Shown here in pieces: positions 49,384 to 62,989 of a stretch of 64,000 nucleotides of DNA (the stretch's first letter is position 1; every line of letters starts with the position of its first letter). The translations under genes and the position numbers were made by a program. The notes under the pieces are model-generated. The model made no database searches, had not been told where the DNA came from, and saw nothing but the letters and a program-made list of their open reading frames with translations. Source of the DNA: Chiloscyllium plagiosum (taxonomy: Eukaryota); contig NC_057752.1 in NCBI RefSeq assembly GCF_004010195.1, positions 9,371,323-9,435,322 on the forward strand, written 5' to 3'.

Positions 49384-51486
49384 TATACTAAAAGTCATTA
49401 CTGGCAAATGTTGAAAACACTTACACTAAGTTAAGTTACAATTAACTGTATATTTCTGTTGAAGCGGTTCGCTTTATAGCATTTAACTTCTCAATTTAAC
49501 TGTATTTTGCATTTTGTTTCTATGTCACATCCGGAACTTTCTACTGTCCCATCAATCTGTTTTTAGAAATATTTGGAGGAAATCAGTGACACACCACATG
49601 TCACACTTCAAAGTATTAAGAGAGTGAAAAGAGAGCAGTCTTTCCATGCTGGTTTCGTCTTGATGTGAAGGTGTGAAAATTTCCAAAACACTGGCAAATT
49701 TCCTTCAAATTCTTTCAGGAGCAATCAAGCTCTGCTTGTCCTCAGGACTTGTTCTTTCCTATGGCAGTTGCCTTAAAGGCATAAATCAGGTTAGCAGCTG
49801 AACATCAGAGCACATTATGGAATACAGATTATCCACAAGCAACACCACAGGAGATCAGCCAATATTGTGTAAATATTATTATTCACTTTCCACAGATCAT
49901 CATGTTACCTCACAGTGATTAAAAATGAATGCTATAGTTTTCAGACTGACAAAATAATGTTGTATGTTTGTGCCTGTTTAGACGTTGAGACACATCCATT
50001 ATGCTTCAGTGTCAGACAAATTTTTGTGTCACAGTTGAAACAAAGAAAATCAATTTTCTGCATTTTGAAATTAGAGAAAAGCTGGCAACAGAAATATCTT
50101 CGAAATGATCACCCTTAAACCAGCATAATTTCCCTTCCTTACAATGGTGGTGTTTCAGTGTTAAAGGGGATTACAGTGCGACATGTTTTTCATCAGGTAT
50201 TGTCATTCTAAGTGAAGGTATAGGAAGTTACAATGGGAAGAATTGACAGGGAATGTGTGCAGCTGGAGGCTTATAATATGTACATAAAAATAAACCAAAA
50301 ACATGAATGTTGGCTGTATACCAAATCATTCATGCTGAATCTGAATGGATGTTAAGTACAAAAAAGTTACCTAGCTACCTAACTTAAGGAAGTTCCAAAA
50401 CGTAATCAAATATGACAATACAATGGCGAACACGATCATCTCACATGCAGGAAAGTGTTGCTGTCTTTCATATATATGGTCAACTGCTTTACTTATATAT
50501 TTGTATTTAATATTATTGCTGATCATTGTTCCACATTATGTAATTGTATAATACAGGCAATGTCACAGAACATCAGACAGTAATTGCAATGGCATCTAAG
50601 TCGGATTTTGAATAGCTTCAATATCTGTGCCTTTATTAACTTGGCAGTTAGATGAATTCAAACAGTTATCACTCTAAGAAAATAACATAAAAAGTCAAAA
50701 GAAAGTTTGGAATGATAAAAAAATTTATTGGTTGCATCAAGCCCAAACCCCCCCAATTCTCCTACCATAACTACATCTATCATGGATTCTTCCAGCCCCT
50801 CAGGTTTCCCCTCCTAACTCTCCCAATGTGAATAAAACACAAGAACTAACATCTCCATATCTCTCAAACCCATTCTCAACAGATATTTGTCTAGCATTTT
50901 TAAAAAGGTACAGGTGCAGGAACAGGTAATAGGTACAGAGTTAGCTTTTTTTTCTGCTCTTTCTACCTCAAAAATGATAGAGAATTCAGAGAACAGTGAG
51001 CAGCACAGATGAACCTTTCGTGTCTTCATTATGAAGAAAGAATCAGACAACTGACCAATTTTTCCTCTTAAGATTAAGAAGTGTTACAGATCATCTTTGG
51101 AACAAGTAATGTAGAAGCAAGGAAGTTCACTTTCTTCGACAGCACTCAGAGACACAATTGCATCAAAAATGGCTCCTGATATCGGTTTTAAGTCTCTTTT
51201 TCACTCATGCCCATTTCTACTCCCTGGTGCTACTTGGCCTCCTTTGGAGTAATATTCTGGGTTATCTATATCATTTTATATTTCATGTGCAATCGTGACA
51301 GCTTCACTCACCCTGCAAACTCGTTTCTAGAATGTTGAGCTTGAGTTACTCTCATCTTCCCTTTTCACTTCCCTGTTGCTCTTCTCTATATTTTCTCCAA
51401 TGCGTTAAGTCCTCTTAACAACTTGCTGCCAAAACTAAACACAAAAAGCCTGAAATTCTGTGCCTTACAATTGTGTCCTCCACAAC

Positions 51487-51521
51487 CATCTGATGAAGGA
51501 GCAGCGCTCCGAAAGCTAGTG
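51487..51521 (+). ncRNA. Minimal type I hammerhead ribozyme motif, PLE family C (within repeat ~51445-51610)
   Basis: cat-CTGATGA(51490-51496)-a-GGAGC-AGC-GCTCC-GAAA(51511-51514)-GCTA-gtg; palindromic AGCT stem III; CUA triplet. Confidence 0.7.
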
Positions 51522-53149
51522 CTTCCAAATAAACCTGTTGGACTATAACCTGGTGTTGTGTGATTTTTAACTTTGTACACCCCAGTCCAACACCGGCATC
51601 TCCAAATCATGGAATTTCCTGATGTGTAAACTTTCTCTGCTCTTCCAGGACAACAACAGCGGCTCAAAGAAAATCCCATGCTAATTTTTTCACAGGACTA
51701 TTTATCATAGACAAATGTTTCAGTAATGGTGTTTGACATTTGCACTGTGATATCGAGCACAGGCTTGCTTTCACATTGGATTTCTAACTTCTACTGAGGA
51801 AGTTAAGGCTGTGATGTATCAGAGAATGGGAACTCTGTGTACTATTCCTTTCATGAAATTTCTCAGAGACTCCTTGTCTCAACACCAGAAATCTCAATGT
51901 TCAATCTCCATTATTGGTACTATCCAGTATCAGCATTAATATTATCTGAGCTAATATTTCAATGGTCCACTTTGTTTTGGTTTAAGTATGTGCTGGAAAC
52001 TAGTTGCCTTCCCTCCACCCAGAAGACTCCTTTATAAAGATGTGCAGGAGTTGATATAGTAAATCAGCCAGGAACTCCACAAGGGCCCTGTGTCACCAAC
52101 TCTGCACAGAGATATTCCAGGTAGTTTAGTCACATGGTCTCCTGCCACTAACTGCCCTAACCCCACAGTGCCAAGCACACACCCTTGTAGCACATTATCT
52201 AATACAGTCAATTTGACATCACGCAAAGTTTTCGTTATCCAATTGCAACTCTACTTAATGTGAGATAGAGTAGGCAGGACAGTCTCTCCTCAAGCAGAGA
52301 CAAGAGAAGAGAAATTCAAGGCCTTATCACTTTGGGACACTTATTTCGGATGCTCTGAGTGATTAGCTGCAGCAGCCTATTTTTAGTCTGCAGTTGGTGA
52401 TATTGCCTGAACCCGAAAGGTTAGATTGTTAATGATAACACACTTATAACAGCATAGGAGAATGCCAAAAGAGAGAACAGGGAGGATCGGAAATGCAAAG
52501 CTGGCATCTGAAAAAGAAACAAACACAGAAAACGCTGAAGAAACTCAGTTAGACTGGCAGCACCTGCAAAGAGAGAAACGAGTTAATTTTGTTTTTCCTC
52601 CACAGATGCTGCCAGACCTGCTGAGTTTTTCCAATATTCTCTACGTTTATTTCAGATTTTCAGCATCTGCAGTATTTTGCTTTTATCTGAAACAGAAAGG
52701 GGAGTATCACAAAAAAAGCCTTCTTTGTATTAAAGGTTTTATCGACACTTTTTTTCATTCCATCGCAGTACACTAGGGGTTTAATAAAGAAAATCAGCAG
52801 TCATATTGGAATGTTCAAACATTGTATCGGTTGCCTTACCATGCTCAAACATTATACATTTAGATGCCAGCTACATCAACAAAGGCACGACAAAACATCT
52901 GCTACACTTTTGCAATTGCACAAATGCAAACAGGGCCCAAAGGCTACTTGAAACCCCTTTGTAAGATTGAGTTGCTCTTACTGCACTCGGTGTAAGGTCT
53001 GGAAAATATCTACAAATGGCCTAGCTGGTACTTCTTAAAGGGGTGCTGTAGGTCACCACTGAAAGGTAATCTAAGGTTCAGGATCTTTCTTCACAGGCCC
53101 GCTGGACAGTTCTGAAGACTGTGACTGCAACCCGATTGTCTAAGGCTCA

Positions 53150-53530
53150 ACAAAATAACCGAAAGAACAGCAGATGCTGGAAATCAGAAACAAAAATAGA
53201 AACTGCCAGAAAAAAACTCAGGTCTGGCAGCATCTGTGGAGAGAAATCAGTTAACATTTAGTGATCCTTCTTCAGAACTGATAATAGCCAGGTAAATGTT
53301 GGTTTTATGCAGAAAATGGGGTGAGGGAGGAGAGGAGGAATAAATGAAAGATGAAGATAGAGCCCAAAGAGAGAAAAGCAATTGGACAGATATAGGAATG
53401 GATAAAGGTCAGCCTGGGAGAACGAATAGCTGCTAATGGGGACTATCAGTCGCTGACAATGGGTTGTGTGTGGTAGTAGCGCATGTGCTGACAAGGCCTG
53501 GTGTGTGGGGATTGAGGTAAGGACATGAGT
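53150..53530 (-). mobile_element. Older PLE-like terminal repeat (related pieces ~11380-11510, 25090-25220, 42320-42490, 52520-52690)
   Basis: Shared cagatgctggaaatc / ctctccacagatgctgcc(a)gacctg motif; degenerate ctgaagaagga core on -. Confidence 0.5.
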
Positions 53531-56043
53531 TCTTAAAAGAATACTGATTGAGCCTTGGGTATACCTGTTCTGCAGCAGGGATTGCTTTCTGTGCTCAGTT
53601 CACGAGTCTGCATACCAATCTCAAAGTATACAAGCGAGAAAGCAGACTAATTTCCCATCTTTCCTGGATAAGCAACTCTGAGGTCAAATCCTGGGACCTC
53701 ATTGCCACTGTTAGTGATATCAGTTCAAATCAACCAAAGTCTTCCTGATGTAAATGGCTGAGTGCCATGCCCAAGTGTAGAAATGAGCTTGTGTGCAATT
53801 TTTAAAAGATTATTGAAAGGTATTATGGCAGCTTTTCCACACAGAATCTCAGTAATTTTGAGTTGTATATTGTTCCATTTTACATTACACAGCAACAAAT
53901 TAAAAGTCTGCACTAAACAGGCAACCAACATGGCAGCGCGCATTGCCTGGCCTCATGGATTAAAAATGGCCACTTCAGTAAGTGAAGTATTGAAGAGATA
54001 CCAACACCCAGGGGACTGACCACTCCAGCAATGAGTCAGCACCTTTGAAACAGGAGGGGAGCAATTGAGTGTAAAGATCACATTGCTAATGTTGTCAAAA
54101 CATTCTTGTAATAGAGAGTAATTGAAGACTCCAGACAGACTGTTGGGACTCCCAGCAACATATACTGTAATTGTGCCTCTTCCCAATAAGCCTGAACCAC
54201 AGACCTCTAGCATGCTATTTGTTTTGTTCAGTTACTGTTAGTGATAGGCCAGCACCCGATTGAGAAGAAAGAAGCTTTTTGTCACTTTCACTTCATGTGG
54301 TCCTGTTTAAAATCCGAGCAAGGTTGACAGCAGCTGTGAAGCTCTGCATAGCTACCACCAGTGACCGCTCAGATGCTGCGATGCTATTCTCATAACTGAG
54401 ATAATGGGGCTGCTGGTCTCTTGGAATTTTTTTGTCTTTCGAAAGATTTTTGAGAGGAATTCAAAAATATATTTCACTCATAAAAGTCACCTTTAAGTAT
54501 ATACAAAGATTCTAAATCATATGGGCGGCATGGTGGCTCAGTGGTTAGCACTGCTGCCTCACAGTGCCAGAGACCTGGGTGAGTTACTCTTCGGAACATC
54601 GGTGTGGACATATTGGGCTAAATGGTCTGTAGGGAATCTATGAAAACACTGGAATTGCAATGCACATACAAGGCTGTCCCATTGTCTGGGACCACAGGAG
54701 GGGTTCCTGTTCCTCAGCTTCACCTCCCTCAGAATTTCACGTCACTAGTGTGGAGTACCACAGCTACAAGGTGCGAACTTCCATCACAACATGTGACTTT
54801 ACGATATAGTCCAAATATCCTTTCAACAAACCCCAAGATAAAAAGGGCAGGCTGCAAACAGACTCAACAATTTGTGACTTGAAGGAGACAAGAAGGTACT
54901 TTTTCTGTGAAGCGTACTTGGAAGCTCCTGACTTCATTGTTGACAAGTTACTCACTAAAATATTTTCCAGTCACAAATCTAAAAAAGAAAAAAAAATTAC
55001 ATATGCTGTAAATCATAAAAGGTGAAGAGAAAGTATTTCAAATACTTGAGTCACTTGGCATCTACAAAGTGAAAAGAGCATAATACTTTCATTGCCAACC
55101 CTTTCCCTCAAATATGAGCCTGCCTTTTGTTTCAGATGCTGACCTCTTGTTGTGCATTTCTAGTACTTTCTGTCTTTTACATTGCAAAATCTAGAAATTT
55201 CTGCCATCAGCAGATTCCTTTTCCAAAAAAAAATCCTGTCCCCTCTCTGGCAATTTTGCCCCTCCCCCTCTCTCTTTGGTTTAGGGTTAAACAAAACGTG
55301 GTGTTGGAATGGTTAAACTAGTCAAATGACTCATAGCTGATGATTCAATTGGCATAGGCTGTCAAGCAAAACTTGCAGAGTTCATGGTGTGTCTGTTAGA
55401 AAAAGGAGAAAGACTAGTTGTAAATGTCTTCTCAATCATTCCCGTGTGGGCCTGTCTGTCACAGCATCTCAGATCTTGGCAACTAAATAATTGTCACAGT
55501 GGCAGACAGAAGAAAAGGCTGACATTTTATACCTAAACAACATGAATAGACTCCGTGCTTCTACTTTCCTGATGGGAAGTTTCAAATTGCTTGAATTCCC
55601 TACATATATTAGCCCTATTTATTTAGTACAGAGTATATATTATGGATATGCGCACCAAAGAATGTACAGAAACAAAGAAAACATTTCTCCAATTTATTTT
55701 GCTGCATTGTCACTTTAGTCCATGCAAGGATTTTATTAAATATACAAAATGGCTATTGTGGTTGTCCACACAATAGTTAACAGTATTGCATTCATTCTAC
55801 ATAAACACTCAGATGTTTCTGACAGACATTATAGGATGCATATAAAACAGAAAACAGTCTTTTTGCTGTATTTATATCATTTAAATTTCCCCTCACAAAC
55901 TGTTTCTCGCTTCCTTGCCCCTTTCTTTCTCCTTGTTGTTTTTCTGTTCTCAGTTTTCTTTCTTATGTTATCTGCTATCTTCCTCTGCTGTTTTCGGTTA
56001 TGGTGTTCCTTTCTTCTACACTGCTTTACTGGCAAACATTTCA

Positions 56044-56143
56044 TAAATCTTCCTAAAGAAGGGCTCATGCCCGAAACGTCGATTCTCCTGCTCCTTGGAT
56101 GCTGCCTGACCTGCTGCGCTTTTCCAGCAACACATTTTCAGCT
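56044..56143 (+). mobile_element. PLE-B mini-insertion (hammerhead core mutated to CTAAAGA)
   Basis: TSD CTGGCAAACA(T/C)TTCA at 56029-56043 and 56144-56158. Confidence 0.75.
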
Positions 56144-57212
56144 CTGGCAAACACTTCAAACTCCCTCTCTGACCACACCTCCATATTGTTATGATGATCC
56201 CAGCTGATGATAATACTCCATAAGTCAGCTCCCAGAGTGAAACCTGGCTAGATAGACCCTGCATTTAGTTTTAAATGTGGAGGTCTATTATTGTACACAG
56301 TCACAAGACTCTGTCAATATATTGTTAAGAATAAAATATTTATTAAATGAGAAAAAAGGACTTTATTACAGTATGCTCCTTCATTCCCTCACACTAGGTC
56401 TCTGACTCCCTTCATGAGTCTATCTATCTAATTGGAGAAGGAATGATTTAAAAATACCCAAATATAGAATTTCTAAAGAGGGAGGAATAAGGAGATATGA
56501 AGAGAATAGCAGGAGTTACTGTTAAGTGCTGCTCCCATAGGGAGTGTTTGAAGTGAATAGTACAGATGCATTTAAAAGATAGCTAGACCAATATACTAAG
56601 GGAGAAGGGAATAGAGGGTTACAAATGTAGGTTTGGAGATGGAAAGATGAAAAGAGACTCAAGTGGACCATAACGTTGGCATGGCCTGGTTGAGCCGAAT
56701 AGCCAGTTTCTGTGCTGGGCTGTATCTCTAATGTAAACTAATGGAAGATGCTAATGAAAAACTATTTAGATAGTGACAATAGAAGCAGGGCATGTCCTCA
56801 CTTGCAAACAAATCTTGGGGGGAGGGGAGGTGAGGAATAGGGTACAGTCTAACCTCCCAATCCAGCAATGTGTCGTCCTTACACCGTATCTGTTTTTACA
56901 TAAATGGAAGGGATTCCCATTAGTGTTTAGACATTCCAAATTACTCAAATTGAAATAAAAAAGTTGGGCTATGGTGAGATTTGTGTTAGATTCTGATGAG
57001 AAGTCCGGCAAGGCCCATTTTGATGTCGGGAGTATTTTGCAGCGTTTTTTATGCTTTTCGCAAGCAGCATGGTGAGTTTCTTGCTAGGCAGTAGCAAGTT
57101 GTCAATTAAGGGAGATTATAGCTTGTTAAATGCTTTACTGACATTCAACTCACCTCATTAATATTCAGCTTTCTGTCTTCCCAAACTCACTAAACGAACT
57201 AGATGCCAAGAA

Positions 57213-58649
57213 ATGTACAAATACATTAAGGACAAAAGGGTAATTAGGGAGAGAATAGGGCCCCTCAAAGATCAGCAAGGCGGCCTTTGTATGGAGCCGC
57301 AGAAAATGGTGGAGATACGAAACGAGTATTTTGCATCAGTATTTACTGTGGAAAAGAATATAGAAGATATAGACTGTGGGGAAATACATGGTGACATCTT
57401 GCAAAGGAGGAGGAAGTGCTGGATGTTTTGAAACGCGTAAAGGTGGATAAATCCCCAGGACCTGATCAGGTGTACCCGAGAACACTGTGGGAAGCTAGGG
57501 AAGTGATTGCTGGGCCTCTTGCTGAGATATTTGTATCATCGATAGTCACAGGTGAGGTGCCGGAAGACTGGAGGTTGGCTAACATGGTGCCACTGTTTAA
57601 GAAGGGTGGTACGGACAAGCCAGGGAACTATAGACCAGTGAACCTGACGTTGGTGGGCAAGTTGTTGGAGGGAATCCTGAGGGACAAGATGTACATGTAT
57701 TTGGAAAGGCAAGGACTAATTAGGGATAGTCAACATGGCTTTGTGCATGGGAAGTCATGTCTCGCAAACCTGATAGAGTTTTTTGAGGGCAGAGCAATCA
57801 ATGTGATCTATATGGACTTCAGTAAGGCATTCGACAAGGTTCCCCATGGGAGACTGATTAGCAAGGTTAGATCTCACGGAATACAGGGAGAACTAGCCAT
57901 TTGGATACAGAATTGGCTCAAAGGTAGAAGACAGAGGGTGGTAGTGGAGGGTTGTTTTTCAGACTGGAGGCCTGTGACCAGTGGAGTGCCACAAGGATCG
58001 GTGCTGGGTCCTCGACTTTTGTCGTTTACATAAATGATTTGGATGCGAGCATGAGGTACAGTTAGTAAGTTTGCAGATGACACCAAAATTGGAAGTGTAG
58101 TGGACAGCGAAGAGGATTACCTCAGACTACAACAGGGTCTTGACCAGATGGGCCAATGGGCTGAGAAGTGGCAGAAGAAGTTTAATTCAGATAAATACAA
58201 GGTGCTGCATTTTGGGAAAGTAAATCTTAGCAGGACTTATACACTTAATGGTAAGGTCCTTGGGAGTGTTGCTGAACAAAGAGACCTTGGAGTGCAGGTT
58301 CATAGCTCCTTGAAAGTGGAGTCACAGGTAGATAGGATAGTGAAGGAGGCATTTGGTAGGCTTTCTTTTATTGGTCAGAGTACTGAGTACAGGAGTTGGG
58401 ATGTCATGTTGCGGCTGTACAGGACATTGGTTAGGCCACTGTTGGAATACTGCATGCATTTCTGGTCTCCCTCCTATCAGAAAGATGTTGTGAAACTTGA
58501 AAGGGTTCAGAAAAGATTTACAAGGATGTTGCCAGGGTTGGAGGATTTGAGCTATAGGGAGAGGCTGAACAGGCTGGGGCTGTTTTCCCTGGAGCTTCGG
58601 AGGCTGAGGGGTGACCTTATAGAGGTTTACAAAATTATGAGGGGCATGG
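57213..58649 (+). mobile_element. Relatively young CR1 LINE ORF2 (RT), cut by an N-gap
   Basis: KSPGPD, NYRPVNLT, YMDFSKAFDKVPH, GVPQGSVLGP, KFADDTK, LVRPLLEY. Confidence 0.92.
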
Positions 58650-59539
58650 NNNNNNNNNNNNNNNNNNNNNNNNNNNNNNNNNNNNNNNNNNNNNNNNNNN
58701 NNNNNNNNNNNNNNNNNNNNNNNNNNNNNNNNNNNNNNNNNNNNNNNNNNNNNNNNNNNNNNNNNNNNNNNNNNNNNNNNNNNNNNNNNNNNNNNNNNNN
58801 NNNNNNNNNNNNNNNNNNNNNNNNNNNNNNNNNNNNNNNNNNNNNNNNNNNNNNNNNNNNNNNNNNNNNNNNNNNNNNNNNNNNNNNNNNNNNNNNNNNN
58901 NNNNNNNNNNNNNNNNNNNNNNNNNNNNNNNNNNNNNNNNNNNNNNNNNNNNNNNNNNNNNNNNNNNNNNNNNNNNNNNNNNNNNNNNNNNNNNNNNNNN
59001 NNNNNNNNNNNNNNNNNNNNNNNNNNNNNNNNNNNNNNNNNNNNNNNNNNNNNNNNNNNNNNNNNNNNNNNNNNNNNNNNNNNNNNNNNNNNNNNNNNNN
59101 NNNNNNNNNNNNNNNNNNNNNNNNNNNNNNNNNNNNNNNNNNNNNNNNNNNNNNNNNNNNNNNNNNNNNNNNNNNNNNNNNNNNNNNNNNNNNNNNNNNN
59201 NNNNNNNNNNNNNNNNNNNNNNNNNNNNNNNNNNNNNNNNNNNNNNNNNNNNNNNNNNNNNNNNNNNNNNNNNNNNNNNNNNNNNNNNNNNNNNNNNNNN
59301 NNNNNNNNNNNNNNNNNNNNNNNNNNNNNNNNNNNNNNNNNNNNNNNNNNNNNNNNNNNNNNNNNNNNNNNNNNNNNNNNNNNNNNNNNNNNNNNNNNNN
59401 NNNNNNNNNNNNNNNNNNNNNNNNNNNNNNNNNNNNNNNNNNNNNNNNNNNNNNNNNNNNNNNNNNNNNNNNNNNNNNNNNNNNNNNNNNNNNNNNNNNN
59501 NNNNNNNNNNNNNNNNNNNNNNNNNNNNNNNNNNNNNNT

Positions 59540-60021
59540 CCCACTCCGTCAAGGACATGCAGGTCCTGGGCCTCCTCCATCGCCAAATCCTAACCACCCA
59601 ATGCCTGGAGGAAGAACGCCTCATCTTCTGCCTTGGGACCCTGCAACCACACAGGATCAATGTGGATTTCAACAGTTTCCTCATTTCCTCTCCTCCCATA
59701 TTATCCCAGTCCCAAGCCTCCAACTTGGTATCGCCCTCCTGACCTGTCCATCACCTTTCCCATCTGCTCGACCCTCCTCTCTGACCTATCACTTTCTCCC
59801 CCACCTTCATCTACATATCGCATCCTCAGCTATCTTCCACCCAACCCCACCCCCTCCCATTTATCTCTCAGCCCTCAGGCCCACAAGCCTCATTCCTGAT
59901 GAAGGGCTAATGCCTGAAATGTTGATTCTCCTGCTCCTCGGATGCTGCCTGACCTGCTATGCTTTTCCAGCACCACACTCTCAACTCTGATCTCCAGCAT
60001 CTGCACTCCTCACTTTCTCCT
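59540..60021 (+). mobile_element. PLE family B 3' end with partly decayed hammerhead (~59896-59925)
   Basis: LEEERLIFCLGTLQPHRINVDF; cctgatgaagggctaatgcctgaaatgttg. Confidence 0.8.
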
Positions 60022-60044
60022 TCTCATAGCTGTCAGCAGCCCTC

Positions 60045-60870
60045 AGTCAAGTATTAGGCAAGAACTTTTAAAAGCTGACTGGGGGCAGATGTTCACAGGT
60101 AAAGGAACGGCCAGAAGATGGGAAGCCTTAAAAAAAGAGATAACGAGAGTCCAAAGACACTATATTCCTGATAGGGAGAAAGGAAATGCTGGTAGGTGCA
60201 GGGAATGCTGGATGACTAGAGAAATTGAGATTTTGGTTAAGAAAAAGAAGGAAGCATGTGTCAAGTATAGACAGGAGAGATCGAGTGAAACCTTCAAAGA
60301 GTATAAATGCAGTCGAAGTATACTTAAGAGGGAAATCAGGAGGGCAAAAAGGGGACATGAGATAGCTTTGGAAAATAGGGTTATGGAGAATCCAGAGGGA
60401 TTTTACAAATACATTTTGGACAAAAGGGTAAACTAGGGATAGAATAGGGCGCCTCAAAGATCAGTAACACAGCCTATGTGTGGAGCCGCAAGAGATAGGG
60501 GGAGATACTGGACGATATAGAGAATGTGGGGAAATAGATGGTGACATCTTGAAAAATGTCCATATTACAGAGGAGGAAGTGCTGGATGTCTTGAAACGCA
60601 TAAAAGTGGATAAATCCCGAGGACCTGATCAGGTGTACCCTTGACCTCTGTGGAAAGCTAGGGAAGTGATTGCTGGACCCCTTGCTGAGGTATTTGTATC
60701 ATCGACAGACATGGGTGAGGTGCCAGAAGACTGGAGGTTTGCTAATGTAATGCCACAGTTTAAGAAAGGTGAAGTATAGACTGGTGAGCTGTGCATCAGT
60801 GGTGGGTACATTGTTGGAGGGGATTCTGAAGGACAGCATTTATATACATTTGGAAAGGCAAGGACTGAAG
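60045..60870 (+). mobile_element. CR1 LINE ORF2 fragment (separate copy)
   Basis: WMTREIEILVKKKKEA...NPEGFYKYI; KVDKSRGPD. Confidence 0.85.
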
Positions 60871-62266
60871 GATGACCGCCATGTTTGCAAACTGAACAGA
60901 AGTTCTCCTTTTGATTAATAATTTTCACTCAAATTCTGGTTAAATTAGACCTGCAGTACAAATGCATGCACATTGATCTACATACACAGTGGTGTACAGC
61001 TACACACAGCTCAGACCAACTCTATATACAGGTATGCTGACACACACACCACACACACATTCATTTTCTCTGAAAGACTGGCAATTGCAATCTTGAGTGG
61101 ACATTTACTAATACACCTGTTCAGAAATGCTGTTACACACCTCTGGTGCAGGTGGGGCTTGAACCTGGCTCAGAGAGAGGGACACTATCACTGAGCCACA
61201 AGAGCCCTCAGATTTGAGTATATGGGTGGGCAGGACAGTTTGAGTAAAGGATCTAAACCTAGGCCTGAACCTCTCTTCTACATTGACAAGACAATAATCA
61301 CAGAAATAATTAAAGGGGAGGCTGAAACATTTTAAAGAACAAGGGTTAGAGTTTATAATTCTCTGCCATAAACTGTCATAGATATGGAGTCCATAGATAA
61401 GTTTTTTAAACTGCTGTTTGAAAAACAGGAATAATACTGAGCAGTTGAGTGTGCAGGAGAGTAGAATTCAATTGAGTGGCTCATGTAGGTAAAAATATCG
61501 GAACTGATTTAATGGGCTGAATGGGTCCGTTTCTGTGCTGCGTCATCCTGCAATAATCAATGTCTATCCAATGATACAGCAAAAAGATCTGGAGTTTATT
61601 ACATTGGAGTTAGGGGCATGAAATCATGTCTGAACACTATATGGCACCAATGTGCTACAAAGGCCAACACCTCCCAGCTTGAATCTCAAGTCATTTGCTG
61701 ATGGCAATATTTGAAAGGGATTTCAAAACTTGACAGAGATGTAGGAAAGTCTACATTTCCAGCTTCTGTTGTTATTGGTACTGTGCAATCTACTTGTGAT
61801 CTATTTAACAATCCAGTTACAGATCAATAACAGCAATTGCCACATACAACATAAAACCTACTGTACTGAGCTATTTTTTATTTTGTCCCAGTTTGTATAT
61901 ATTAAATGGCAGCCATTGTAAGTGCATTTATAATCCGTAGCTCTCCCCAGTACCTCAGCAGGTAAAAGCACCACACTGGTGTAGTTCCAAACTATACAGA
62001 GCAAGAAGGTTCCAACATGATTTATGCTGAGCTAATAGACCTCAGTTGGAATACAAACAATGGTATACAATTGGTATCAGCACACACAGACTAAATGGCA
62101 GAGGCTGGGGAATGAGGGGAACCAGATCCTGATCTTGATCTGAGCCAGCTGTAAAGTACATTTTGTGGGTGCTTAATGAGAACAAGATTTAACAGTGATC
62201 CCTTTCACTATTGAATTGCTTGCTGTAGCCCCTTTCCCTCCCACTCCCAACTATTCAGATAAAGTC

Positions 62267-62369
62267 GAAAATTGTGGGGCTGAAAAAGAACAGCAGGTCA
62301 GGCAGCATCCGAGGAACAGGGGAATCAACATTTTGGACATAAGCCTTTCATCAGGAATGTGTCAGATAA
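62267..62369 (-). mobile_element. PLE-B mini-insertion, degenerate
   Basis: TSD ATTCAGATAAAGTC at 62253-62266 and 62370-62383; cagcaggtcaggcagcatcc core. Confidence 0.7.
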
Positions 62370-62779
62370 ATTCAGATAAAGTCCCAAGCCATGCAAATCA
62401 TAAGTACACGCCGGCTGAGGTTACCATAAAAGACTCTCCTTCTCAACCTTTCCCCTCGCCTGAGGTATGGAGACCCTCGAGTTAAGTCACATGTCATCTC
62501 ACTCGCTCTAATGAGAGCAGCCCTATTCCGTGATAAGAATATGACGACTTTACTAATTAGGGTCTGGAATGCACTGCCTGGAAGTCTGGTGGATGGTATT
62601 GGATGGCAACTTATCTTGGGGGGGATCTTATAGAAGTGTATAAAGTCTGAGAGACATGGTTAGGGTGAATGCACTCAGCCTTTTTCCCAGGTTTGGGGAA
62701 TTGAGGACTACAGAGCATCAGTTTAAGGTTAGAGGGGAAAGAATAAAAAGAAACCTGAGGGGTAACTTTTTTTACACAA

Positions 62780-62810
62780 AGAGAGAGAGAGAGAGACAGA
62801 GAGAGAGAGA
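62780..62810. repeat. (GA)n microsatellite after a CR1 fragment
   Basis: gagagagagagagagacagagagagagaga. Confidence 0.8.
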
Positions 62811-62989
62811 CACACTTTCCATGATCAAACAACCTTTGTCATTTCACAAAGCTACCAGAAAGTGCTTAGCACCCACAGAATGAAATCCAAACACCTTTGA
62901 GAGAAAGTGGATCAAGGAAAAGAAAGCACATCAAGGAAAATACTAAGGTGTTACATAAAACCACCCGAAAATGCTTTACAGTGGCATTC

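Noticed and set aside
55749..56207. 152-aa hydrophobic ORF resembling a membrane protein
   Set aside because: Arises from a pyrimidine-rich low-complexity tract running into a PLE mini-insertion.
57213..60870. Apparent duplication of 57213-57720 at 60410-60870
   Set aside because: Copies differ by many substitutions and indels; two independent CR1 insertions.
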